A DNA stretch of 64,000 nt from NCBI GenBank assembly GCA_046733475.1, contig JBKPPF010000018.1:4138-68137 (forward strand), written 5' to 3'. The position numbers and the translations under genes were made by a program. The notes under the pieces are model-generated. The model did no database searches. It saw only the letters and a list, made by a program, of their open reading frames with translations, and was not told where the DNA came from. Shown here one piece after another: positions 8,095-18,338 of this stretch (position 1 is the first letter of the stretch; every line of letters begins with the position of its first letter). Source of the stretch: Actinomycetota bacterium. Its GTDB lineage: Bacteria; Actinomycetota; Thermoleophilia; Gaiellales; Gaiellaceae.

Positions 8095-9246
8095 GTGCGC
8101 CGCCTGCTTCTGCTCGTCTGCGTGGTCATCTTCGTCGAGACGATGCTGTACTCGGCGCTCATCCCGCTCCTTCCGCACTACAGGGACGAGTTCGGGCTGT
8201 CGAAGTCGGCCGCCGGCCTCCTCGTCGCGGCCTACGCAGCCGGAGCCCTGGCCGCTGCGTTGCCGGGCGGAATCGCCGCCGCCCGCTACGGGCCTCGGCG
8301 CGCGATGCTCATCGGCATCGTGCTCATGGGCATCGCAAGCCTCGCCTTCGGCTTTGCCGGCGACGCCTGGACGCTCGGAATCTCGCGCTTCGCGCAAGGC
8401 GTGGGCGGGTCGCTCGCGTGGGCGGGCGCGCTCACGTGGCTCATCGCCGCCTCCCCCGTCACCCGGCGCGGAGAGATGCTTGGGACCGCGATCGGCTCGG
8501 CAATCTTCGGAGCGCTACTCGGGCCCGCGATCGGCGCCCTCGCGGATCACGTCGGGCCGCGCGAGGTGTTCGTCGGGCTGGCCGGTCTGACCGTCGTTCT
8601 CGCTGTGTGGACGCTGCGAACGCCGGGCGCCGCCGCCGAGCCACCGCGTCGCGGCGCGATCTCGCGCGCGCTTCGAAACGTCGAGATCCGCCAGGCGCTC
8701 TGGCTCATGAGCGTCCCGGCACTCGTCTTCGGGATCGTGGGCGTCCTCGTCCCCCTCAAGCTCGACCAGGCCGGCTGGAGCGCGTCGGCGATCGCGATCG
8801 CCTGGGTCGTCTCGGCGGCGATCGAGATGGTGATCGCGCCGCTCATCGGCCGCGTCTCGGACCGCCGCGGCCGTCTCCTCCCACTCCGGATCGCGCTCAT
8901 GGGCGCAATCGCCGTGCTCGTCGGCTTCGCCTTCGCCAACCGGCCCGCGGTGATCGTCCCCATCCTCATCGTCTCGGGGATCACCTTCGGCGGTTTCTGG
9001 GCGCCGGCGATGGCGCTCCTCTCGGACGCGGCCGATCGCATCGGCCTCGCGCAGGGGCTCGCGTTCGGGCTCATGAACATGGCGTGGGGCGCGGGGAACG
9101 CGCTCGGGCCTGCGGTCGGCGGGGCGATCGCCGACGCCGCGGGGGATGCCGTCCCCTTCCTGATCATGGCGGTGTTCTGCGCGGCCACTCTGGCGAGCCT
9201 GGGCGTCGCCGGCACTCGGCGCATCCGAGTGCCGGAAAGTTCTTGA
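8095..9246 (+). CDS. MFS transporter
   Basis: 383 aa with about 12 hydrophobic helices. MFS loop motifs [13 protein letters not shown] and GRVSDRRGR. Confidence 0.85.
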   Translation: MRRLLLLVCVVIFVETMLYSALIPLLPHYRDEFGLSKSAAGLLVAAYAAGALAAALPGGIAAARYGPRRAMLIGIVLMGIASLAFGFAGDAWTLGISRFAQGVGGSLAWAGALTWLIAASPVTRRGEMLGTAIGSAIFGALLGPAIGALADHVGPREVFVGLAGLTVVLAVWTLRTPGAAAEPPRRGAISRALRNVEIRQALWLMSVPALVFGIVGVLVPLKLDQAGWSASAIAIAWVVSAAIEMVIAPLIGRVSDRRGRLLPLRIALMGAIAVLVGFAFANRPAVIVPILIVSGITFGGFWAPAMALLSDAADRIGLAQGLAFGLMNMAWGAGNALGPAVGGAIADAAGDAVPFLIMAVFCAATLASLGVAGTRRIRVPESS

Positions 9247-9277
9247 TCCGCGCCTCCGCGATGCGCTAGCATGGCTC

Positions 9278-9302
9278 TGGCACTCCGCACCGGAGAGTGC
9301 CA
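9278..9302. promoter_or_regulatory. CIRCE-type inverted repeat (HrcA operator) upstream of groES
   Basis: TGGCACTC-cgcaccgga-GAGTGCCA, compared with the consensus TTAGCACTC-N9-GAGTGCTAA. It ends about 40 nt upstream of the groES start. Confidence 0.8.
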
Positions 9303-9344
9303 AGTTCTTACAGTCAGACGCTGTAACGCAAGGAGGAACGCTGA

Positions 9345-9683
9345 ATGGACCTGCAGCCACTGGGTGATCGGTTGATCGTCGAGGCCCTCGAGGAGGAAGA
9401 GACCACCTCGAGCGGGATCGTCCTGCCGGACACTGCGAAGGAGAAGCCCCAGCGCGGCCGCGTGCTCGCCGTCGGCCCCGGCTCTCGCGACGAGGGCGGC
9501 AACTACGTCGCGATGGACGTCGTCGAGGGCGACGAGGTCATCTACTCGAAGTACGGCGGCACCGAGATCCGGCTCGGCAGTGAGGACTACCTGATCCTGC
9601 GCGAGTCCGACATCCTCGCCAAGGTCGTCACGACCGGCAAGAAGAGCTCTAAGAAGAAGGAGATGGCAGGCGCAGCCGCTTAA
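9345..9683 (+). CDS. groES: co-chaperonin GroES with a Lys-rich C-terminal extension
   Basis: [10 protein letters not shown]...[22 protein letters not shown]; AAGGAGG ribosome-binding site. Extra tail [17 protein letters not shown]. Confidence 0.93.
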   Translation: MDLQPLGDRLIVEALEEEETTSSGIVLPDTAKEKPQRGRVLAVGPGSRDEGGNYVAMDVVEGDEVIYSKYGGTEIRLGSEDYLILRESDILAKVVTTGKKSSKKKEMAGAAA

Positions 9684-9717
9684 GGCCCCTGCCGGAAAAC
9701 TAACGGAGGAAAGCTGA

Positions 9718-11343
<1,626 letters not shown>

Positions 11344-11368
11344 GGAGCCGAAAGGCTTCTGGCAGGAC

Positions 11369-11396
11369 GAAAGGGGCGCCTCGCGGCGCCCCTTTC
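11369..11396. terminator. GC-rich hairpin between the convergent groEL and BNR genes; likely intrinsic terminator
   Basis: GAAAGGGGCGCC-tcgc-GGCGCCCCTTTC, followed by a T-rich stretch on the + strand. Confidence 0.7.
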
Positions 11397-11417
11397 TCGT
11401 TCCAGTTTTCGCTTCAG

Positions 11418-13316
11418 CTACGGCGTGTAGTCGCCGTAGATGTTCTGGTCGATGCCCCCGTCGCGCGGGCAGCGGTCGCCGCTCCACGCTCCGTCCTCGA
11501 AGACGCGGCACTGGTGGACGTCAGCGGTTGCTCCGTCCTCGTCTTCCGGGTCCTCCCGAGGGTCGGTCCCTTGGACGGTGTTCCGCCAGTCCGTCCAGAC
11601 GCCGTACGAGAAGTCGTTCACGGAGCTGACGTAGAGATAGTCGCCCGCGAACGGCACGGTGCGGTCGGAGAACTGCTCGAAGTTCGGGTTGGACGTGACG
11701 TCGCTCACGCGCGTCGTCGTCCAGCTGCCTCCGGAGTTCGTCGACCTGGCAGCCCACGCGTCGAGCGAGGGCACCGTGGTCCGGTTGGCGCAGTTGCCGA
11801 TGGGCCGCGTCACGCTGTAGCAACCGTCGTTGCGGCTGTCCCACCAGATGGTGTGGATCGTGCCACGCGTGGCGGCCGATGGATTGTCAGCCGAGATGTC
11901 CGGGAAAACCTGGTGCCCGGTCATCTCGTTGTCGATCAGCGACGGGCCCACCTTTGCTCCAGTCGCGCCGTTGACGCGCAGGAAGAAAATGGCCGCCTGC
12001 CCGGCAGTGCCGGACTCGATCGTCCCGTATGTCGTGCCGGTGCTCGTCACCGTGCCGGGCTTCGTCGCGTCGTAGACGACGTAGAAGCGGTTGGGATTGG
12101 CGGTGTCGAACTGGTCCGCCGTCGCCCGAGGCTGCGTGTCGCGGCGGAAGAAGGTGTAGCCGGATTCGCAGTGTGCGTCGAAGTCGCCGCAGTCGCGGGC
12201 GTTGCCCTCTGCTTCAGGCTCTTCTTCGCCGGCCGGATCGTCGGGCTGCGACTGAGGCGGAACCGCCTCGGGCTCGGCCACGTCCTGGGCGTCGTTCTCG
12301 ATGAAGTTCTGCAGGAGCTTCGGCCTCGAGAATGTTGCTCCGCAGTCCGTCGACTTGACGTAGTAGATGGAATTGCCCTCCGGCCCGCGGCCGGACTCGA
12401 AGCTGCGGAAGACGAGATAGATGTTGCTATTGCCCGTCACCGCGATGTCCGGGAACTGCACGTCGGAGATCGTTTGCGACACCTTCAGCGGACGAGTGAA
12501 CGTGACGCCGTGGTTGGTCGAGCGTGAGAAGTAGATCCCCACACCGCCCGCGTTGCCGCTGAATCGCGACCATGAGAAGTAGACGTTGTTGTCGCAGCGG
12601 CCGTCACTGTTGTGGTCGGCCTCGATCGTCGTCTTGTCGTTGAAGATGCCGAGCAGGTTTGGCGCCGAGGAGCCGCGGTTCACGACGACGGTCTGTCGGT
12701 AGCGCTTGCCGTCGTTCTGTGGATTGCCGCTCGGCCCGTTCGGGTTGTCGTAGGTCGCGACCCAGACGTCGCCGAAGGTCTTCGGCGTCCCCGCCGGGTC
12801 GTCCGAGCTCTCCGAGCCGAAGAACGCCCGGCCTTGCGCGTCCCACGCAATCACCGGGTCACCGGCGCTCGCCGTGCGCACCTGCTGCTTGGCGATCTGG
12901 CCGTACGGCGAGGTGTCGTCCGGATACCCTGGGATGAGGGAGCTGACGAAGCTCCCGCCTGCGTTCTCCGACCGGTAGTACCCCATCCAGATCGGTCCGA
13001 CCGGGATCGGGTTCCCATCGGCGTCGTTGGTGTTGTAGACGCCGCAGTAGTCGTTCGAAGAGCCCAGGATCACGTTGGTGTTCCTCGGGTCGACGGCTAT
13101 TGCCGGTTCGTTCTGGCGGCCGCGCGAGCGCGAGCACTCAGCGAGTGTCGCGTCCGTGTACGGCGTCCCGGTCGCGATCGTGTACGAGCTGACGTAGCCC
13201 GGGTCGTTCGCGTCGTGCGTGAGCCTCACATCGGCTCCCGGCGTCGACGCGGCGGCGACGCCGACCAGCAACCCGAAGGCCAAGGTCAGCGCCCCCAAAA
13301 GTGTCCACCTCTGCAT
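11418..13316 (-). CDS. secreted BNR/Asp-box repeat protein (sialidase-like beta-propeller superfamily)
   Basis: Signal peptide MQRWTLLGALTLAFGLLVGVAAA. Three Asp-box-like motifs: SRSTNHGVTF, KSTDCGATF and RSTNSGGSWT. Confidence 0.7.
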   Translation of the reverse strand: MQRWTLLGALTLAFGLLVGVAAASTPGADVRLTHDANDPGYVSSYTIATGTPYTDATLAECSRSRGRQNEPAIAVDPRNTNVILGSSNDYCGVYNTNDADGNPIPVGPIWMGYYRSENAGGSFVSSLIPGYPDDTSPYGQIAKQQVRTASAGDPVIAWDAQGRAFFGSESSDDPAGTPKTFGDVWVATYDNPNGPSGNPQNDGKRYRQTVVVNRGSSAPNLLGIFNDKTTIEADHNSDGRCDNNVYFSWSRFSGNAGGVGIYFSRSTNHGVTFTRPLKVSQTISDVQFPDIAVTGNSNIYLVFRSFESGRGPEGNSIYYVKSTDCGATFSRPKLLQNFIENDAQDVAEPEAVPPQSQPDDPAGEEEPEAEGNARDCGDFDAHCESGYTFFRRDTQPRATADQFDTANPNRFYVVYDATKPGTVTSTGTTYGTIESGTAGQAAIFFLRVNGATGAKVGPSLIDNEMTGHQVFPDISADNPSAATRGTIHTIWWDSRNDGCYSVTRPIGNCANRTTVPSLDAWAARSTNSGGSWTTTRVSDVTSNPNFEQFSDRTVPFAGDYLYVSSVNDFSYGVWTDWRNTVQGTDPREDPEDEDGATADVHQCRVFEDGAWSGDRCPRDGGIDQNIYGDYTP

Positions 13317-13430
13317 GAGTCTCCCCCCTAAGTCCGCGGACGTTGAAGCGCCGCGACTATACGCCTCGCGAGGCCGCTTTGCGGCGGCAAGCGATTTAAG
13401 AAACCGAGAAGGGTCCGTACACTGAATCCG

Positions 13431-14216
13431 ATGAGCTCAGCAGCGTCCAACGGCAAGGCTTTTCGGGTGGACAGAGGCTATGTCGAGGTCTCGGGCCCGG
13501 ACGCCGAGGATTTCCTCGAGCGAATGCTCTCGAACGAGATCGCGACGCTCGAGGTCGGCTCCTCGCGGCCGGCGCTCCTGCTGACTCCGAAGGGACGCAT
13601 CATCGCCCCGCTTCGGGTGGTCAGAAGCGCGGAAGACGCGTTCCTGCTCGTCACGGACTCGTCCGACCTCGCTGGCCCGGTCGCGGACTCGCTTTTGGCT
13701 TCCCGCTTCGCCTCCAGGTGCGAGATCGAGACACGCCCGTGGGTGGGCTTCGTCCAGCTCGGCAGCGATCCCGGGGAGCCTGCGGTCGCGGTCCCCGACT
13801 TTGGCGTCGAGGCATGGGAGGCGTGGCGTGACCGAGCGGAAGCCGGCGCGGACACGACAGAGCTCGAGCGCTTGCGGATCGACGCCGGAACGCCCGCCTG
13901 GGGCAAGGAGCTCGACGAGAAGGTCCTCCCCGCCGAAGCGGGCCTGGACGAGACCCACATCTCGTTCACGAAAGGCTGCTTCCCCGGCCAGGAGCCGATC
14001 GCGCGTCTGCGGCACCGCGGCCACGTGAACCGCCGCCTGCGCACGCTCGAGGTTCCGGCGGCGAAGGCCGGCGACGAGATCGTCTGGAACGACAAGGTGG
14101 TCGGCCGGGTGACGAGCGCCGTCGAGGGCCGGGCGCTCGGCTACGTGCGCACCGAGGTGCCGGAGGACGGTCTCCTCGTGATCGGCGGCTCGCAGGCGAA
14201 GATGCGCCCGGCATGA
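13431..14216 (+). CDS. ygfZ: folate-binding YgfZ/GcvT-like protein
   Basis: C-terminal signature KGCFPGQEPIARL and an aminomethyltransferase-like N-terminal region. Confidence 0.8.
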   Translation: MSSAASNGKAFRVDRGYVEVSGPDAEDFLERMLSNEIATLEVGSSRPALLLTPKGRIIAPLRVVRSAEDAFLLVTDSSDLAGPVADSLLASRFASRCEIETRPWVGFVQLGSDPGEPAVAVPDFGVEAWEAWRDRAEAGADTTELERLRIDAGTPAWGKELDEKVLPAEAGLDETHISFTKGCFPGQEPIARLRHRGHVNRRLRTLEVPAAKAGDEIVWNDKVVGRVTSAVEGRALGYVRTEVPEDGLLVIGGSQAKMRPA

Positions 14217-14275
14217 TTCGAACATGCGACCTCTGCCTCCGCAGGGCAGCGCTCTATCCCCTGAGCTACGGGCGC
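14203..14275 (-). tRNA. tRNA-Arg, anticodon GCG as read from the fold
   Basis: The reverse complement folds as GCGCCCG-TA-GCTC-AGGGGATA-GAGC-G-CTGCC-CTGCGGA-GGCAG-AGGTC-GCATG-TTCGAAT-CATGC-CGGGCGC-A (73 nt, CCA not encoded). The 5' half resembles bacterial tRNA-Arg. Confidence 0.85.
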
Positions 14276-14305
14276 GGGGCTAGGAGACCAGTGTAGCCGC
14301 GCTCG

Positions 14306-14647
14306 TCAGGCGGCCGAGCCGAGCGATGCGACCACGTAGTCCACGCGGCCTTCGCGGACGAACTCCCACATCCGCGGGCCGCCGACTCCCGCACGGCGGT
14401 CGAGGAACGCGTTGAGCGCGGAGTTGTCCATCCCGGCTTCGCTGGCGGCGGAGAGGAGGCGCTCGACGGCCGGAAGGGGCTCGCCGTCCGGGCCGAACTG
14501 CCAGGCGGGATAGACGTGCTCGAAGCCTCCGTCCCGGGGGACGCCGAAGAGCTCGCCGGCTCGGCGGCGAGCGTCGATGCGGGCCGGATCGGCGCCGAGT
14601 CGCGCCGCCAGCCAGGAAGTCGTGAAGGAGTTGGAATCCGATTGCAT
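14306..14647 (-). CDS. hypothetical protein, possibly an Xre-antitoxin-like (DUF2384-like) C-terminal domain
   Basis: 113-aa ORF with GC-rich third positions. The C-terminal NAFLDRRAGVGGPRMWEFVREGRVDYVVASL resembles the toxin-binding domain of ParS/MbcA-type antitoxins. No toxin partner is adjacent. Confidence 0.45.
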   Translation of the reverse strand: MQSDSNSFTTSWLAARLGADPARIDARRRAGELFGVPRDGGFEHVYPAWQFGPDGEPLPAVERLLSAASEAGMDNSALNAFLDRRAGVGGPRMWEFVREGRVDYVVASLGSAA

Positions 14648-14811
14648 GCGATTGAGCGACAGGCGGCCGCCGAGCGAGCCGCCCGTGACGTGGACTCAGT
14701 TTGACGCATCAGGCGGCGCCGAGAGTGCGGCCTTAAGGATCGCGCGGCGGACGTGCGGGCGCGGAGTCGTCGTAGCGTGGTGGGGGCACCCGGGGTCGCT
14801 AGTGTGGTCCG

Positions 14812-15705
14812 GTGCGCATCTGCTCTCTCGTCCCCGGCGCTACCGAGGTGCTTTTTGCGCTTGGTTTGGGGGAAAGCGTCGTTGGCGTCACCCACGAGTG
14901 CGACTGGCCACACGAGGCCGAGTCGCGACCGCGTGTCACAGCGTCCCACCTTCAGAGCGGCGACCTCTCGAGCGCCGAGATCGACGCGGCGGTGGCCGAG
15001 GCCGCCCGCGAAGGGAAGGCGCTCTACGCGGTCGACGAGGCGGTCTGGGAGGAGATCCAGGCGGACGTCGTCGTCGCGCAGGAGCTCTGCGACGTATGCG
15101 CTGTGTCGGCCGGCGAGGTGCGCCGGCTGAACGTCGAGGTGATCGACTACTCGCCGGCGACGCTGGACGGCGTGGTCGGTCACATCACCGCGCTCGGGTG
15201 GAGGCTCGATGCCGAGGCGGCGGCCGACGAGCTGGTCAACGGCATGCGTTCACGCCTGGAGCGGGTGCGAGCGGCACTCGCCGAGAAGGAGACCTACCCT
15301 CGCGTCTACGTGTCGGAGTGGCTGGAGCCGCCGTATGCCGCCGGCCACTGGGTTCCCGACATGGTCTCGGCCGCGGGCGGCATGGAGATAGCCGGGATAG
15401 CCGGCGAGCCGTCGTTTCGGATGCGCTGGACGGACGTCGCCGGGCTCGAGCCCGACACCGTCGTCCTCGCACCGTGCGGCTTCGACCTCGACAGGACGCT
15501 CAGCGAGGTCGTGACGCTCGACCTCAGCGCGCACCTCCTCGGCACGAAAGCGCGCCAGGAGAGCCGCGTGTTCGCCGTGGACGCGAACGGCTACTTCTCC
15601 CGCCCGGGGCCGCGCCTCGTCGACGGCGTCGAGCTCCTCGCCTACCTCCTTCATCCGGACGCGTACTCCGACCCGGGCATCCCGTGGTCGCGCGTCAGGC
15701 TGTGA
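14812..15705 (+). CDS. BtuF-like (cobalamin/siderophore-type) binding protein without a signal peptide
   Basis: MRICSLVPGATEVLFALGLGESVVGVTHECDWP is typical of class III periplasmic-binding-protein folds. There is no N-terminal hydrophobic leader or lipobox. Confidence 0.65.
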   Translation: MRICSLVPGATEVLFALGLGESVVGVTHECDWPHEAESRPRVTASHLQSGDLSSAEIDAAVAEAAREGKALYAVDEAVWEEIQADVVVAQELCDVCAVSAGEVRRLNVEVIDYSPATLDGVVGHITALGWRLDAEAAADELVNGMRSRLERVRAALAEKETYPRVYVSEWLEPPYAAGHWVPDMVSAAGGMEIAGIAGEPSFRMRWTDVAGLEPDTVVLAPCGFDLDRTLSEVVTLDLSAHLLGTKARQESRVFAVDANGYFSRPGPRLVDGVELLAYLLHPDAYSDPGIPWSRVRL

Positions 15706-15991
15706 CCACGACCTCGTTGCCCTGAATCTCGACGCGGAACACTCGGGCCGGCTCGTCGCCGTGGAGGCAGGCGCCGGTGTCCAGGTCGAACTTCCAGCCG
15801 TGGAAGGCGCAGATGAGCGTGTCGCCGAGGATCTCGCCCTCCTGCAGCGGGTTGCCCTCGTGCGGACACGCGTTGGCGAATGCGTGAGCCCGGCCGTCGA
15901 CGACGAAGACGGCGACCTCGGTGCCTTCCACCTCGACGAGCGCGCGGCCGTCTGCGTCGAGGCTCGAAAGCGGGATCCGCACGGGCTCCAC
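15695..15991 (-). CDS. small Rieske [2Fe-2S] ferredoxin (NirD-like)
   Basis: CPHEG ... CAFHGWKF motifs; 98 aa. Confidence 0.85.
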   Translation of the reverse strand: MEPVRIPLSSLDADGRALVEVEGTEVAVFVVDGRAHAFANACPHEGNPLQEGEILGDTLICAFHGWKFDLDTGACLHGDEPARVFRVEIQGNEVVVTA

Positions 15992-16014
15992 GCGGCCTAG
16001 ACTACTGCGCCCGG

Positions 16015-16944
16015 ATGCCCCTCTATCTCCGTGAATCCGAGGTCGCCGAGCTGCTTTCGCCCAAAGAGGCGGTGCAGGCCGTCGAGGGCTGCTTCCGCCG
16101 CATGGCAGTCGGGCGCGTCGAGCTCCGGCCCCGGTTTCGGCTCGGGCTCAACCCCGGTGTGATGAACGTCATGGCCGCGTCCGACCTCGACCTCGGTGTG
16201 GCCGGCCTGAAGACATACGGCGTCTCCGAGGGCGGCGCTCGCTTCGTCGTCGTCCTGTTCGCGGTGGATCGCGCCGAGGTGCTGGCGATCATCGAGGCGG
16301 ACAAGCTAGGCCAGCTCCGGACCGGCGCTGCGAGCGCCGTTGCTGCGCGGCACCTCGCCAGGCCGTGCGCGAACTCGGTCGGGATCATCGGGACGGGCTG
16401 GCAGGCCGAGAGCCAGGTGCTCTGCATGCGCGCCGCCCTGCCGGAGCTCGAGCGCGTGGTCGCCTACTCCCGCAACGAGGAGGCGCTTGCCCGCTTCTGC
16501 GAGCGCTTCGACGCCGAGGCCGGCGAGTACAACAAGGACGCGGCCGAAATGGACGTCGTCGTGACGATCACGAGCTCCAAGGACCCGGTTCTCCGCGGAG
16601 AGTGGCTGAAGCCCGGCGCGCTCGTCTGCGCCGTGGGCGCGAACCGCATCCAGTCGCGTGAGCTCGACAACTCGGTCCTCGAGCGCGCTGCGTTCGTGTG
16701 CTGCGACTCGAAGGAGCAGGCGAAGATCGAGGCGGGCGATCTCGTCGAGCCGGTCGAGCGCGGGGTGCTCGACTGGCTGGAGGTGCACGAGCTCTCCGAG
16801 GTCGTCGGGGGCGAGGTGCACGGCCGCGCCCAGGACGACGACATCATCCTCTTCAAGAGCCTCGGGATCGCGGCGGAGGATCTCGCCGTGGGCGCTCTCG
16901 TCCTCGGACGGGCGCGCGAGCGCGGAATGGGGACCGAGCTCTAG
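16015..16944 (+). CDS. ornithine cyclodeaminase / mu-crystallin family protein
   Basis: MPLYLRESEV... start. Rossmann motif IIGTGWQA. The upstream 45 codons of the listed ORF are Arg-rich shadow sequence. Confidence 0.75.
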   Translation: MPLYLRESEVAELLSPKEAVQAVEGCFRRMAVGRVELRPRFRLGLNPGVMNVMAASDLDLGVAGLKTYGVSEGGARFVVVLFAVDRAEVLAIIEADKLGQLRTGAASAVAARHLARPCANSVGIIGTGWQAESQVLCMRAALPELERVVAYSRNEEALARFCERFDAEAGEYNKDAAEMDVVVTITSSKDPVLRGEWLKPGALVCAVGANRIQSRELDNSVLERAAFVCCDSKEQAKIEAGDLVEPVERGVLDWLEVHELSEVVGGEVHGRAQDDDIILFKSLGIAAEDLAVGALVLGRARERGMGTEL

Positions 16945-17234
16945 GTCTCTCGGACCTGGGAGGCGGCCATATTGGCGACGTCCTCGCCCACGGCGCGAAT
17001 GACGTCGGGGCGCTCGAGCAGGCGGAGCCGCTGTTCGTCCGTGGCGCGGTTCTTCAGGTACGGGTCCTCGAGGATCTCCTGGAGCGGGCGGCCGGAGCGG
17101 TGCTCGCGGATGACGTAGGCCGCGAGGGAATCCATCTTCGTGAGCGACATGTGCTGGTCGGACTCGCCCCCGCCCCCGAAGATGCGCGAGAAGAACCCGG
17201 GCTTCTTCGGCTCCTGCGGCTCGGTCTCGGACAC
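16941..17234 (-). CDS. hypothetical protein
   Basis: 97-aa ORF with a GTG start and GC-rich third positions. No family recognised. Confidence 0.5.
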   Translation of the reverse strand: MSETEPQEPKKPGFFSRIFGGGGESDQHMSLTKMDSLAAYVIREHRSGRPLQEILEDPYLKNRATDEQRLRLLERPDVIRAVGEDVANMAASQVRET

Positions 17235-17257
17235 GGGACGATTGTATCCTGGGGTCT

Positions 17258-17605
17258 GTGCCGTCCGAGCCAGCGGGCACGCGCTTCGCCGAACGGGTCT
17301 TCCACGGAGTTGGGGAGGACGGTACCCGTGAGGAGATCGTGATCTGGATCGAGCGCCGTCAGGGAGCTCTCTGGGCGGTCGGCCGGGCGATCGACCCCAA
17401 GAACCGCTCCATTCCGGCCGCGCGCCCGGACGACTACATCTTCGAGGGCTACGAGCTCGGCGACGCTCTCGAGGCGGCGAACAACGCGCTCTCGGACGAT
17501 CTCGAGGTCTCGGCGGAGGACGGCGTGGAGGAACGGGTGAAGCGCTTCAACGAGCAAGAGCTTCTAAAACCCCTCGAGCGCTGGTTCTTCGGCCACTCTC
17601 CCTGA
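17258..17605 (+). CDS. hypothetical protein
   Basis: 115-aa ORF with a GTG start, divergent from the previous gene. No family recognised. Confidence 0.5.
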   Translation: MPSEPAGTRFAERVFHGVGEDGTREEIVIWIERRQGALWAVGRAIDPKNRSIPAARPDDYIFEGYELGDALEAANNALSDDLEVSAEDGVEERVKRFNEQELLKPLERWFFGHSP

Positions 17606-17648
17606 CGCCTGGCCGGCGGCGGCTTTCGCCGGGCGAAGCCTCGCTTGC

Positions 17649-18314
17649 CTAGGAGACGCCGATGCGCTCGGCGAGCTCGCGTGAAATGGCGTGCTCGCTG
17701 CCTTCGACGTCCACGGTTAGGGGGCCTCCGAAGGGCTCGGACTTCCTCATCGTCACGCGCTGGCCGGGGACGAGCGTGAGGCCGGCGAGATAGCGCAGGA
17801 GGTCGGCGTCGCCGTCCGGCACGCGGCGAACGGTCGCCTCTTCCCCTGGCTCCAGGACATCGAGAGAGCGCAGATCCTGCAGGGAAAGGTTGAGGCCCGC
17901 GTCGGGAATCGGGTCTCCGTGCGGGTCGTGGGTGGGGTAGCCGAGCTGCTCGTCGATCCTTGCCTCGAGCTTCTCCGAGATGACGTGCTCGAGCCGGTCG
18001 GCCTCGTCGTGCACCTCGTCGATCGGGACGCCGAGCGTCTCCGCGAGGTACTGCTCGAGCAGACGGTGGTGGCGGATGACCTCGAGGGCGATCTTCGTGC
18101 CGGCGTCGGAGAGCTCGACCCCGCGATAAGGCGCGTGGTTCGCGAGCCCGAGCGCCGCGAGCTTCTTGACCATGGACGTGACCGAGGACGGAGCGACGCC
18201 AAGCTCCTTGGCGATCACCGTCGTCGTCGCGCGCTGCCCGGACGACTGGAGCTTGTAGATCTCCTTCAGGTAGTCCTGGATCGCAGCTGACAGCTGAGGT
18301 TTAGGCACGTCCAA
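17649..18314 (-). CDS. DtxR/IdeR/MntR-family metal-dependent repressor with a C-terminal SH3-like domain
   Basis: The N-terminal winged HTH, the metal-site region HDEADRLEH and THDPHGDPIP match the family. TTG start at 18314. Confidence 0.88.
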   Translation of the reverse strand: MDVPKPQLSAAIQDYLKEIYKLQSSGQRATTTVIAKELGVAPSSVTSMVKKLAALGLANHAPYRGVELSDAGTKIALEVIRHHRLLEQYLAETLGVPIDEVHDEADRLEHVISEKLEARIDEQLGYPTHDPHGDPIPDAGLNLSLQDLRSLDVLEPGEEATVRRVPDGDADLLRYLAGLTLVPGQRVTMRKSEPFGGPLTVDVEGSEHAISRELAERIGVS

Positions 18315-18338
18315 ATTTTAGGCGAGTAAGATGAGAGC

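Noticed and set aside
9684-9717. Second CIRCE element between groES and groEL.
   Set aside because: The 34-nt spacer holds only a ribosome-binding site (GGAGGAAAG) and no inverted repeat.
14203-14700. Integrated element at the tRNA-Arg gene.
   Set aside because: There is no integrase, no direct repeat of the tRNA 3' end and no compositional shift. The tRNA 3' end abuts the housekeeping ygfZ gene.
14648-14811. Possible cobalamin riboswitch upstream of the BtuF-like gene.
   Set aside because: I read the 164-nt spacer for the conserved B12-box core (GCCACTG-like) and the usual GGTGC/AATCC elements and found neither.
18315-18338. IdeR/DtxR-type iron box between the repressor gene and the Cys-rich ORF (TTAGGCGAGTAAGATGAGA).
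   Set aside because: Only 9 of 19 positions match the TTAGGTTAGGCTAACCTAA consensus by hand alignment and the dyad symmetry is poor. It is kept only as a place to test, not as a called site.
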